A stretch of 64,000 nt of DNA. It comes from Tubulanus polymorphus (Eukaryota; Animalia; Nemertea). Positions 20,738-32,703 of the stretch are shown one piece after another (the first letter of the stretch is position 1; the number at the start of each line of letters is the position of its first letter). The notes beneath the pieces were generated by a model that was not told the origin of the DNA, did no database searches, and worked only from the letters and a program-made list of their open reading frames with translations. The stretch is taken from contig NC_134033.1 in assembly GCF_964204645.1 (NCBI RefSeq), forward strand, positions 7,324,655 to 7,388,654, in the 5' to 3' direction. Both the position numbers and the translations under genes were made by a program.

Positions 20738-22753
20738 TGTACTGAAGTTAATAAGTTGCACCCCATTCGACGAGATACAACGACCGATGGCCACACCCAA
20801 TTGACCAGGCCTGTTAATATTGGTGCAATCTACTATGACCTTTTCGCAAGTCATACCTTGGGCCTTGTGGATAGTTGAAGCTAGAACTATCGGCAACTGG
20901 ATACGATTCGCGATAACTCTCCCTTCAGATGGATCATACTCTAAAATATGAAGAAATTTACTATGAAAGTGAGTAGTTTGATGATAGAGGTAATTAGACC
21001 ATTTTTAAATTAATTAGAGCAGTTTTTTTTTCATAAAAAATGGGAGGTTGAAGGGAAAAAATTTTTTCATAAGAAGCGTTTTAGATTTGAAGGGAACAGG
21101 AAAGAAAATCAATTTTTGACGGACTGCAGAATTCTTGGAGGCAAAATCTCCAAGTAATTTTTAAAAAATGCCTCAAGTATATGAATAATAGGATGTTTAT
21201 GAATTGACCAACCTGTGAAATTATATTGTTTCATCTCCATCGTCGTGTCACTATCTTCCCAATTTACAATGCCCATTGTTGAAGTCAACCACTACACCAA
21301 GACTTCCATTCACTAGGTGATCGCTCAAGTTCACTAGTAGCATCACAGCATCTCTTTAATTGTAATGTTTTCGGTGCTCTCATCTTTTGAAGTACTTGTC
21401 TCGGTCCATGGTTTCCGATTTAAACTCCACAAGATTACCTTTCATCTAAAAAATGGATTTAACACAAACTCAAATCACTGACACCTTTCCAGCCTCATCA
21501 AGTCACACAAGGTAAAAACAGTTGAATCGAATTGATTTGCATAGAATCTTCAAGGGTAAATGAAGGTTTCATACGTACATCATGTACTGCTTCAAGAGTT
21601 TTCAACGTGTACTTCTAAATTTGTGGCAAACAACTTCAGAATTCTATCACCAGTTACCGGTCGTTGCAGAGTGCGGAGAAAATCAATAGCGGTTTCTTCT
21701 TTGATACCTCTGCTGCAAGCATTTATTGCCTAAAAGGAGAAGCATGTAGAGGGATATAAACTTTATTTGCTCCGAGAGAGTCTAAGGTATACATCAAATG
21801 CATGACGTAATCAATAAAATGGAATTTATAAAACATCAACAAAAGGGACTTACATTTATAAATTCAGCGTCTGACTGTCGTTTCACGTCTTTCAATTGAA
21901 TTGCGTGTCTAAAGGCCTGCTTCCATATGGCTGAATGGAATGCCATTATCCCTTCATCGCCATAACGCACATTCTTTACCGGAGGCAGTTGAAGAAAGTC
22001 ACCTGTAAAATGAATGCGGCAATGTAGGCTTAATACTTGGTGGAAGGGTGAGTTGTGGCAATACAGGCGATCAATGGATATTGATAACATCCATTTTTTT
22101 CAATAGCTGAATTTTGAATTACCCGTCACAATAACTTGCATTCCTCCAAAGGCTTTGCTACTACCACGCACAGTTCGGAGCAGGGATTCCAACATCTCAA
22201 AGGTTTTTAAACTGATCATTGAAATTTCATCGATTATAAGAATCTCTGTGATCATTATTCTGTTGTACGTGTCTTTATAGCTCTCTTCAGTTTTAATTTT
22301 TGTCGCTAGTACATGTGTCGAGTAACGACCATCCCCAACTCCAGACCATCTGCAATAATCATAATGCAAAAAAAACGTTACAACATTGAATTGTTATAGT
22401 TATAATTCTGTGGCTTATAAAAGTCATGCTATCATCACGGCACTAACTTGACTCCAACCACAATTAAGAAATAAGTAGGGCTACAAGCATTGATTAGTGT
22501 GTGGTGAATTGAATTGAATTGGATGAACCTACATATGAGTTGTTGTAGCATTGGGCTTCAAGTGACAATAAACTTGCGTCGCCTTCCCTGTAGAGGCAGT
22601 AATCGCGACGTTTTTTCCTCTCCCTTGAAGCTCCTTGAATATACGTTTAATGACATACGATTTTCCGGTGCCTGACTGACCAGTAATGAATAAATTATGG
22701 CCAGAAATTGCGAATTCGAATGCGGTATCCTGTAAATCTTTGTCCTCCGCCAT
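18800..22753 (-). pseudogene. pif1: Multi-exon PIF1-family helicase gene continuing in frame to a C-terminal PHD finger
   Basis: ITGQSGTGKS, ASTGKA, LIIDEISMIS, FGGMQVIVTGDFLQLPPV, RQSD, TIHKAQGMT, PGQLGVAIGR; CREC...WIQ.DRCNRWFHRYC...YICPYC; in-frame stops at 20090, 19382 and others. Confidence 0.85.
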
Positions 22754-22925
22754 CTTGAAAACACCGTAAGATAGAGAGCCACGTGCGAGTGTTTAGCTCC
22801 CGATGTTGCGAATCATACTAGCCAAGCAGCGTTTAGTTTTTTTTCAGCCCGGAGAGAATGCCAATTTCTGCATCGGGCAGACCGGTTGTTCGCGTTTTTT
22901 TGGTTCATCGTCGTTATTTGTGCTC

Positions 22926-24844
22926 GCAAAAATTATTCCGCAGCCAGCCGACGTGATCGAATTCTATGATAAAATTGACGCTATAAAATCGGATAATATT
23001 GAAAACAATAATTGTTGTTTTGTTGAAATGGCTTCAGCGGAAGCACTCGAGACAATTCCCAGCAATTTTGCTTGCGAACCAGATGAAGATATTGTGGACG
23101 TGGACGAAGTAACTGATATCGAATTGGTAGCGATTGATGAATTCGTGGAACAAGTGTCAACAATAGTACAATATCATTTGCCTCAACATGTAGACATTGT
23201 TGCAGTTTTGAGTAGTGCAAAGTATTCGACACCGAATGATTTTCAATCAGATGTGAATAACAACCTCGAGTCTGTGTCGCATGATAATTTGAAAGACTTT
23301 GTAGCCTACGGTTACTGTAAGATAAATGAAATTGTGACATCGCATATTTCCGAAGGCCACCATCAAAAAGAATTATCTGCAATTTACCAAGATTTGCACA
23401 ATATCGATAACAGGGAATACAAGACACCCTGCCAGATAATGTTTGATAGACAGGTGCTTTCAAAAGAACAATGGCATGCCGCATTCCGATTATTTAAAGT
23501 ATTGCGTGAAAACCAGATAAAGAACATAGCTGATGCTGTCGTTGAAACGTCTAATAAAATAAATAGTAAGTAAATGACTCATTCACAGCTTGAAAAACAA
23601 CCAATGCACAAAGCATGTAAAATAAAGAATTATGATTTTGAAAACCCCCTCCCCCAGATTCCAGGCTGATATCATTGTGAGCATGTTTCGCTTATCTCTT
23701 TCAGTCAGTCGCAGTACATTAACCAAGGAAATGGCAGCTGGTGTTAGAGGTAAAATTCGCTACGTTGGAGGATTCTGTATTGCCCGACTGAAGTACCGTA
23801 AAAAGCAGGCTGTTAATCGTTTGATCGGGAAGAGTGGCCATATTGAGCGGACATCTATGCGAAAACATGCAGCCTCCATAAAATTGTACTCGCAATTGGT
23901 TCGGTCAGAATCGCAAATTCTGGCAGAATCCACCGATGCTGCAAGTTTGCTAGACACTAGTCGTCGTCAAAACATTAATCAGGGCCTGTCTCATATCAGG
24001 GATGATGTACTCTCCTTTTTCTGCTTGCTTTGTGACGAAATTTCAAACAATCAAAAATTTGTATAAATATGGCGAAATTTATCACGAAGGATTGATAAAT
24101 AGTATTGTTAGTGATGACAACATAAAAGAATCGTTTATTGCGCTATTTAGCAACGAATGCTACAGCTGCCGGGATATTTCGTTTGAGGCGTTAGTATCTG
24201 AGATGTTCAACGATGTTATCCTTCTCTATACGAAAGTAGGCATTGCTCAGCTACGGAAAGATTATCTGAACTTAATAAAGAAGAAAAAAGGAGTTGCACA
24301 TCGGAAAAAAGTTCTCATGGCTAAATCTAGTGTGTCCGGTGATCCAAATCCTACGTCTATTACATGTTTGAAATACTGCGATATTGAGAATGATTCTACG
24401 CGAGAAAAATCTAGTAGCCGCCGTATTTTAAAGGATATAGCGTGCAACGCTGGCTTGCTGACACTTAAATACAAAAAGTGTGAATATGTAGCTTTATGCA
24501 GGGCATACAATATTAAAGTTGCTCAAAAGGATACTGTTAGCATTTTAATTGCCAAACTGAATAATGCTTTACAGCATAATGATGTTATACCAAATGAAGG
24601 TGTATTAGGTGGACCCGAATCATCATCGTCTGCATCAAGTTCGAGTCGAAAAAGAAGAAAGGTTTCTGTAAATGTGGCAAATATTTGTAGAGAATGTCAG
24701 CAGGAATATACATCAGGGGAGGACTGGATTCAGTGCGATAGATGCAATCGGTGGTTCCATCGTTATTGTGCAGAGATTTTTGACGATGAAGAATGGAAGC
24801 AGTTGCAGTGTAATGATGATGAATATATTTGCCCATACTGTTAA
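22926..24844 (+). pseudogene. 5'-truncated inverted duplicate of the PIF1 C-terminal region and PHD finger
   Basis: Matches reverse complement of 20737-18815; intact C4HC3 PHD in ORF 24002-24844; frameshifts. Confidence 0.85.
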
Positions 24845-26734
24845 CTTTAAATATAGCCTGTATCCTTCATAACACTGATCGAGTCCCAAAGTTGTGAGTT
24901 TAGTAGTTAAAATCTGTTCATTTTTACAATGTTTTAACTATTAATAGAGTCGAATATTAACTCAATATTAATCCAGGGATGAGATGCATGTGAAAATTTG
25001 TGTGTGAAAAATTACTATTTATTTTCCCTTATAGGCTTTCATCTCTGAGCTCAACTGCTGCTACTAGATAGTTCATAGTACATGTAAAAAAATGAGAACA
25101 TTTCAGAATCTTGAATCTCATCCCTAATATGAAAATAAAGTTGAGAAACTGTTAATTGAACATCCGTGTAATAAAGGGAACACCTGTATTCTCGGCATTT
25201 AAGAACTTTGTATTTAATGTCTCTGTAAAATATAACTCTTTTCAATATTCACAATTAAACTGTATTAGTTATGTCCTGTAGACAGCCACGCTTTGATCTT
25301 CTCGGAACTAGTGGCTTTCCACTATGCAATGCATACGGATTTGATCTTTTATGGTTGGTTGCTGCATTTGCTTTCTTCGAAACCACTGTCTCTGACAAGA
25401 TGATTGCATTCTTCGCTCTTGTGTAGTCAAAATATGTTGGGTTAGTCTTCGAACCATTGCACATTCCTCTTTGCATACAGAAGTGATTTTCGATGCTATC
25501 ACTATTTACTCTGCTGGGATCTATAGAGATGACACTCGCACTGAAAATAAGATAGGATGAACATGTAAGAAAAATATATCTTTCTCAAGAAAGCCTGATA
25601 AATTGACCCGCCAGGTAGCCTATGATTTTTTCATTTGAAAATTCAAAAAATATATTAAAAATAGATGGAAATGATCAATTCAATTTGAAGTCAATATTAC
25701 TTGTCTTCACATAGACGAATGAAGCCATCTATGGATGAATTCAGATCATCACGACATTGGTAGCTCAGCAACATTTTTTTTTTCTGCAGAATTGATGTCT
25801 GGCATATTCATCACACTATCCTCCCACTTTTTAAACCATTTCTGTACTTCTCTTAGCTGGTTCAGTCGAGGGTCATGGCTATCGGTGATAAGTTGCCTGT
25901 CGAAATATATAACATTTATTAAAAATTATCATCATTGTTGTTCATCCAACATTTATTACATATTGCATTCTGTGTGACATCTGTTGACCAGACAGAGTTC
26001 GCCATTGATTTAGATAATTAATGCTGTTCCAGTTTTAATTTGGTTCAATTGGGGTTTCACTTAAGATTATCAGATTCCTGAGATCGTTGTTTGGAGAAAG
26101 AGAAAAGTAGCCATCACCTGTCATGTGAGATGTCAACCAATACTGCTGTGTGACGTAGAAATTCAATACCACCATCTAGAAACTTGCCATTTCGCCTTTA
26201 CTTTCCTAAAAAAATAACATGTGTTATATTGATTGTGCTTACTTAAAAAATGCACAGGCCTATTGAATTATTGAAATACAAAACTTACTTTGAACTCCAA
26301 CATAAGCTGTAACATATCCTTGTCGAGGACCTCCTCTGCCAAGTGATTTCGCATTTTGGTGGCTTGATCAAGATTAATGTGTTCATCGGTCAGTCGGTAG
26401 TGTATTTGTATAGGATTTCGTCGATACCATCAAAACGCGTCCCGCCACATATCCCATACGATTTCGTTGCCATCATATTTTAATTTTTTACTGCCACCAG
26501 TCTGACTAGAGTGTACTCAATTTCGAATTTTTTTCAGACCATGCTTTATGTCCATGATGAACAAAACTTTCGATTCTGGGTTTACCGGGTTGTTTGTTGC
26601 ATAGTTCGATTCGCGGGGATGTTGTTTAAAGTGAATGTTTAAGAATTGGCGGTTAGTCAGCGCTCCGTCAAGACTGGTGTGTATTTTACTTGAAAGCCGT
26701 AGCAATCAAGCTGGCTAATCGCATCCCAGAATAG

Positions 26735-27996
26735 TGATCCACAGCTAGATTTTCGTAGTAACTGAAAAATGTTTCGTAGTATTTAGAAATGTTCTTAATG
26801 TTGTTTCCGTATGCGTGGGGGTTACGTTAAAGCCGTCAGACAAGAACGTACTAGTAGTAAGAATTACGAAAGTTCTTGTTTGATGCTTTCATCTACCAAC
26901 GCAAACCATAAATCAGTCTATAAACAACAATTCTTTCTCGGTTCTTCTGCTGTGAGATCTGGCAAACATTCAGAAAATCTTTATATAAAACTTTTAAATA
27001 GTTGGAACCATATTTGGTTGGGTCGGAACAATGGAGTGTATTTATAATGAGGCTCGTGAAGGGATCACGCTGATACTTGATGATATTCCCGGCTACTTTC
27101 CGTAAAAGGAAAAACCGGAAGTTTAGGAAGATGTGGTTGTTTTGCTTATCCTGTATTAAAATAGAATTAGTTAAATTGTAGATAAAATAATTAGTATAAG
27201 TATTTCAAATAATTTAAGAATTGATAATCAATCACAATGTATTCCGAATCGTAGTTAATTATAATAATTAAAAAAGAAACAATGAATTTGTACTGTAATT
27301 AGAAAAGAAAACAAAGTTTTGAAAAGATATTTAATTTGAGTAATCTAGATGTTGTTTAAGAACAAATTGTTAATAACCGCTAATGTTTTAGAAAAATTAA
27401 TTTGTGTTAAATGTTAAAACTAGCTGTCTGAAGTTTCTGTTGTCTGTATGCGCTCGTTGGTAATTCACAGACAATAGCTGCTCTCTCAACAACGACTAGC
27501 AAGGAGTGAGTAAATCACAACGCGTCATGACAGGAGGGTTGGAAGGAAAAAGTTAGTTTAGCAAATCAGTTTTGAAAATAATTTTAGATCAGCGAATCAT
27601 TAAGGCCAAATTCTATATGACCAAAACAGTCATGACAGTAAGGTTGCTGCTCCTTGCCAAAAGTCGAGTGGGAGAGTCGGTATTTTAAGAATGCCGATTC
27701 TTTCTATAAAAGGGACCCGCATCTTGAGAGAGCAGTCAATCGGGAGAATCTGTACCTTAGTAAGACGAGTGTCGACAGCAGGACAGGAGAAGCTTCGGAA
27801 CGATAGGGATTCATATAATAGGGATTAGGAAAATCATTCTCAGGTTCAAGGTAAATAAAATATATTATCTTCAATATTATCATCCGGTATTTCAGTTTAT
27901 TCATTCGGATTTGTGCACGGACACGTTCTCTCGCCAGGGCCTTACTCAAGTATTTTATAGATAACGATTAAAGAGAGGATTGTGACCGGTGTATCA
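26735..27996 (+). repeat. 5' LTR
   Basis: Appears identical to 32704-33965 (constant 5969-bp offset, identical ORF translations). Confidence 0.95.
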
Positions 27997-27997
27997 C

Positions 27998-28015
27998 TGG
28001 TGCCGAAACCCGGGA
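27998..28015 (+). promoter_or_regulatory. Primer-binding site complementary to the tRNA-Phe 3' end
   Basis: TGGTGCCGAAACCCGGGA 1 nt after the LTR. Confidence 0.88.
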
Positions 28016-28167
28016 AATCAATATCTTCGGTTTACGATAAACTTTTTACATTAATTGTTTAGTTTTGTTCAAATGGTACATATCTTCGTATGCTCCCACT
28101 GTGGTGCGAAGAACGCATTTTCTAAGAAGCGCCGCGCTACAACCAACCCAACATTCGGAAAGCTATT

Positions 28168-28531
28168 GTGGGAGTCGAACCCACCTCAAACGAAAACATT
28201 TGAAATTCCGGTGGAGTTTTGGGAACCATTGTGGGATTCGAACCCACTGCCAACTCCGGTCGTCCCTGTTGAGACATTGCGGGATCCGAACCCGCGAAGT
28301 GCACGACCATTTGAGATTCCGGAGGAACTTCGAGAGCCGTCGTGGGATTCGAACCCACCACTGCACGCTCATGTGTAATACCGGAGGAGTGTCGGGGACC
28401 TCTGTGGGATTCTAACCCACTCGCCATGCAGGTCGACACCGATGGGGCTGCACTACAGCCATTGAGGGGTTCGAACCCTCCACCTTGTGAATTGCCAAAA
28501 CCGTCCAGCCAGGATGGGGAATCGAACCTAC
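28168..28531. repeat. Seven tRNA T-arm/B-box-like hairpins (GTGGGATTCGAACCCAC consensus) in the 5' leader
   Basis: Copies at 28168, 28231, 28279, 28342, 28404, 28464, ~28514. Confidence 0.8.
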
Positions 28532-28600
28532 ATCTGTTTTTTGGGTTGGAAATTTTAAAAAAAATGTAATTTTAGATTAGTATTCGTTTAAAGATATACA

Positions 28601-29722
28601 ATGTCGACTGGAGGGGAGACGACGTACGGTGCGGGTGGCTCACGGGAACGATCCGCTGTAAGCAACGACACTGTTCTGCAGGCCCTCTCTGGCCTTCGCG
28701 AACAGGTGGACACAGCCACGGCGTTCATGAATTTCTCTTTGCTCCCTAAATTTACGGGACGAGACGACCAGTGCGTCTCTGATTGGTTCAAAGGATTTGA
28801 CCGTTTGGCCGATCTAAGGGGTTGGAACGATGACGCTAAAAAGAAACAGTTGTATTGGTTTTTGGCTGGCCCGGCCCTAATCTTATTTAATGATCTTCGA
28901 ATTGATCAGGGAACCGATGCGACCGGTGGCAAAGTTGTCACTCCCTGGGAAAATATTGTCCGTGCGTTTTGCGCGCAATTTAGCCCCACCTCGTGGGCTT
29001 TGGTCAAGGAGTCGGCTTTGACGACGATGCGACAGGGGGAGACACAACCGGTCGATAGGTTTGCGGAAGAGATTGATCGTGTGGCCTCGAGTTTGAAATT
29101 TTCGGACCACCAGAAAAAGATGTTACTAATTAACAACTCTCGCCCTGACATCTCTGTCTACCTGTTGTCACAGCGTCCGACGACATTTAGGGATGCATGG
29201 GAGGCAGCCAGAATGGCGGAGCATATCGAACAACGTAAAGCTCTGTCGTCTCCCAAGGTATCGCAAATTGGGACCGAACCAAATAAAGCGATGGGTGATG
29301 TCATGACTGAGCTACGGGACATGTTCCGCCAAATCATGGACACACAAAAGTCTACCCGAACTCAGCGGAATGATAGGGGTACTTATTATAGCGAGAACCG
29401 TCCATCACAACGGTCACAAGATGGGCAGGTGGTGTGCTACCAATGTCACGCCCCCGGTCATTACGCCAGGAATTGTCCGTCTTGGCGTTACGACCAACAA
29501 AGGTCACGGGTCTCGCCACACCGGGACGCATTTCAGTGTGATAATCGCCGTCCCCAAAATTCTGGTAGGGGTCAGTTTCGGTCACAGAATCTTGGGCATG
29601 ATTCCCAAGGGGCTAATCGTACATTTAGTCAGGGAAACGACCGGAGACCTCATCCTATAGACCGACAAGGGTGGGGTCGCGCAATGGATGGTCAACAGAG
29701 CCCTCGCCCGATTCGGCGATAA
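28601..29722 (+). CDS. gag: Gag with CCHC zinc knuckle
   Basis: PKFTG..WFKGF capsid-like region, QGETQPVDRF, CYQCHAPGHYARNC. Confidence 0.92.
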   Translation: MSTGGETTYGAGGSRERSAVSNDTVLQALSGLREQVDTATAFMNFSLLPKFTGRDDQCVSDWFKGFDRLADLRGWNDDAKKKQLYWFLAGPALILFNDLRIDQGTDATGGKVVTPWENIVRAFCAQFSPTSWALVKESALTTMRQGETQPVDRFAEEIDRVASSLKFSDHQKKMLLINNSRPDISVYLLSQRPTTFRDAWEAARMAEHIEQRKALSSPKVSQIGTEPNKAMGDVMTELRDMFRQIMDTQKSTRTQRNDRGTYYSENRPSQRSQDGQVVCYQCHAPGHYARNCPSWRYDQQRSRVSPHRDAFQCDNRRPQNSGRGQFRSQNLGHDSQGANRTFSQGNDRRPHPIDRQGWGRAMDGQQSPRPIRR

Positions 29723-31596
29723 TGAGTGATTTTTGGTGGGATGACAAATATTCGGGGTATCATAGTTATGATAATGACAGTCCGGTAATTGATAATTATA
29801 TTTTTGATGATGTTGATGATTATTTTGAGGACGATAGGGATGATATATTTGACATGTCATTTGATCAGGGCGACATGCTAGCTGATTCAGTTGACGATTA
29901 TTTTGGACCTGAGGAAAACTGTACTGCGTATTACTTTCATGACAATGAGTCTCTGAATTTAGATAGGTTTGCCGGCCATCACACTCCTTCATGGGGTGCT
30001 GATGACGTTTATGACATTCAAGATCGTAACTTTGGGGATAGCTGGAGGGACAATTCCCAGTTGTCGTTAGATGGAAATTTTTATATGGATCAGGGATCCA
30101 ATTTTGAGGACATCTGGAGGGACAATTCCCAGTTGTCGGCTACTTACGAGCATATAAAAAGACACAGGAGGGTTACGTTTAGCGATCCGGTTAAATTGCA
30201 GGAGGTACGTGCTGATATGGCGTGCTCGGGTGACAATATTAGTATTGATAGGTCACACCCTAGAGGGGTTAATGGTCCGACGGATTCGGCAGAAGATGAC
30301 CTTTTTAGAGATAGGAAGTCTCATTTAGATTGTCACGAAGGCGCTTTTGATCAGTATAGGTACCCAGCAACCTCCGAATCAGCAATACAATGTGATCTTG
30401 TGTCATCAGGTTCAAGTAGTAGTAATAATTCACGATCGGAATGTCTTAATGATCAGAGTAATATGGAAACTATTTTGTCAAAGATATCTAGTCAGGAGTC
30501 AATGTCGGAGAATTTGTGTCACTCGTTTGAAAGAGGACAGAACTTTCCTGTCACCTCAAATGCCAGCAGTTTCCACCATCCAGTTGGGGATGGAATGTCC
30601 CATGAACAGGACAGAGGTCAAGTTGTCCTCACGTCTAAACCGATTATGCCAATCTTCGAAAATGTTGGGATAGGAGATTCGAACTCCGATTGTCAACCAA
30701 CTGTTCACTGTCAGGAACAACTTCCACCTGTTACGACGACTTTAGGTGACACGCCAACCAACGACATAGGGTCCCTTTCCAGTCAGAACAACACTATTGG
30801 ACAGGAGGCTTATTCCCCGTCAATCATGGCAACTGCCGCCAACCGAGTGACTGGTAGTCATTCAGGGACACCGTTAAACATTTTGATTGATACGGGTGCC
30901 GATATTTCTGTAGTGTCAAACAATTACTTCATCAATCATCCTCAGATATCGAATGGCCCTTTGCAGGAGGGACAATTTCAGTCCGCCCGTGGGGTAGATG
31001 GTACTAAGTTTGATTTAAAAGGTGTTATTTCCGTAGATTTTGTATTAGGAAATTTGGACGTGTCACATTCTATGTACGTGGTGGATGGAGTCACCTCGGA
31101 CTTCATTCTCGGAGTTGATTTCCTGGAACGAAACCAGGCAGTTATCGATTATGCTAAAAAGGCTCTCTTGTTGCCAGGCGCCGACATAATTTACTTTAGT
31201 AATGATGTCATCTTGGGGAAATCTTCGTCGGTTAAAGTCACGCGTATGACTGTTATTCCCCCTTCATGCGATGTCACCGTAGACCGTAAGTGGCTAATTG
31301 ACAAGTCTCAGTCATCGATTGCAGCCTTTGAGCCTGTACATTATTTGAGAATGCGTGATCTCATGAGCGCAAGGTCAGTTGTTAGCGTCATGCCATCAAG
31401 GCATAGGCTTCGAGTCACGAACCCTACGTCACGACACGTCACCCTCTTTGAAGATACGTGTCGTAGTGATTCGTGGACAGATGGGTGGTCACTTGACCGA
31501 TCACTCAAAACAGAGGCGAAGTCAGGACAGCTTCCTCGGCCACCGGAGGTGTCTATCACACATGTGGAAGACCCTCAGACGTCAGACGAAATTTGA
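29722..31596 (+). CDS. ORF2: long acidic/disordered region plus retropepsin aspartic protease; no RT
   Basis: LIDTGADISVV and FILGVDFL; ATG overlaps gag stop (TAATG); frame open from 29671. Confidence 0.82.
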   Translation: MSDFWWDDKYSGYHSYDNDSPVIDNYIFDDVDDYFEDDRDDIFDMSFDQGDMLADSVDDYFGPEENCTAYYFHDNESLNLDRFAGHHTPSWGADDVYDIQDRNFGDSWRDNSQLSLDGNFYMDQGSNFEDIWRDNSQLSATYEHIKRHRRVTFSDPVKLQEVRADMACSGDNISIDRSHPRGVNGPTDSAEDDLFRDRKSHLDCHEGAFDQYRYPATSESAIQCDLVSSGSSSSNNSRSECLNDQSNMETILSKISSQESMSENLCHSFERGQNFPVTSNASSFHHPVGDGMSHEQDRGQVVLTSKPIMPIFENVGIGDSNSDCQPTVHCQEQLPPVTTTLGDTPTNDIGSLSSQNNTIGQEAYSPSIMATAANRVTGSHSGTPLNILIDTGADISVVSNNYFINHPQISNGPLQEGQFQSARGVDGTKFDLKGVISVDFVLGNLDVSHSMYVVDGVTSDFILGVDFLERNQAVIDYAKKALLLPGADIIYFSNDVILGKSSSVKVTRMTVIPPSCDVTVDRKWLIDKSQSSIAAFEPVHYLRMRDLMSARSVVSVMPSRHRLRVTNPTSRHVTLFEDTCRSDSWTDGWSLDRSLKTEAKSGQLPRPPEVSITHVEDPQTSDEI

Positions 31597-32690
31597 TACC
31601 CGTATCGGATGTGTTGGAATGAGACCGCCGAAGATACGATAGCACTAAGATGGAAGAATGCCTTCTTCTGTCAACCGCAATAGATGTTGATGGGTACCCC
31701 CCTGATAGTGACCATATGGAGATGGGGACTTGTTGGGAGGTATCCTGAAACTCTATTCGATGCAACTGACTGTTTGAAAAACCAGCAACTGGTATGCTCT
31801 GGCCGAGATGGGTGATATTAATTCACCGATTCGTCAATTAACGAGGAAAAAGGAACAACTATATACAGCCTACAACAACGATCTAGGGCGTTGCCGTTTC
31901 AACGGGATGGAATTATGCTCGATGATTAGTCATGCGATTCTGGCCATTGTTAGTGGTGTTTGTCACTCTCGAAGACCTGTTATATACTCACAAACTTAAG
32001 TGATGAAGGGTGGACAAAGACACCTGGCCAATGCGATACGAAATATGAAGAAAAGTGATAATTTCCGTAGACATTTTAGCGGAGTAAAGCCGAGTGTGTT
32101 CAAGATGGCTCCCGTGTAGTTACATTAACATTCGATGGAATGTTGTTCGCTCAAGCCGTAAGATGCGAATACATTACTGTTCCGTTTCTATATTAACTGT
32201 GGAGAAAAGACTCCGATATAGTAACCGTAGTACTATAGCGTCTATGAATAGCGAGCAAGTATCAGCTGAACATAAATGCGTTTTGCCGTACTATCAACGT
32301 AGCAGTACGCGCTGCGAGGAACTGCGGTGGATGACGTCATTCGTCCGTCCATGACGTACTTTGTTGTGTCTGGTAGCTGTTGCGTCACTTCGCGGTAAAT
32401 TCTAAACTCAAACTGTGAACTGTTTTGTGCTTAACTTTCGACTGTTTAGTGTGCGGGGACAGCGGTCTCGAATGAACTTTTTTCCGATTGGGTATCCAGA
32501 ACTTTAAATACGGTTTTATGATAAACTATATCATGAACTTTAATATGCGTTGTAGTGTCGAACTCTAAGAAATAGTTACTCGTTATAATGAATTGTTTAC
32601 TAATGTTCTTTTTCAGGATTTGTTCTAGAGGTATCAGCGGGATATTCTCGAGTTGGTTTAAATTCAAAATTTCGGGACGAAATTTAAACT

Positions 32691-32702
32691 GGATAGGGAG
32701 TG
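32691..32702 (+). promoter_or_regulatory. Polypurine tract
   Basis: GGATAGGGAGTG just before the 3' LTR. Confidence 0.65.
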
Positions 32703-32703
32703 T

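Noticed and set aside
18800-22753. Helitron (because of PIF1)
   Set aside because: No HUH Rep motifs; the helicase begins at its own ATG and lies within a TIR/8-bp-TSD element
17795-26347. Assembly artefact as the cause of the large inverted repeat
   Set aside because: Arms differ by many substitutions, private deletions and private insertions, and the outer ends share a perfect TSD
26811-27949. ORFs inside the LTRs (also 32780-33918) and small ORFs at 31800-32670 as env or accessory genes
   Set aside because: Short, no signal/TM/fusion motifs, duplicated only because the LTR is
28168-28531. tRNA gene cluster on the minus strand
   Set aside because: Only T-arm-like hairpins; 48-63 bp spacing cannot hold cloverleafs and no D/anticodon arms are recognisable
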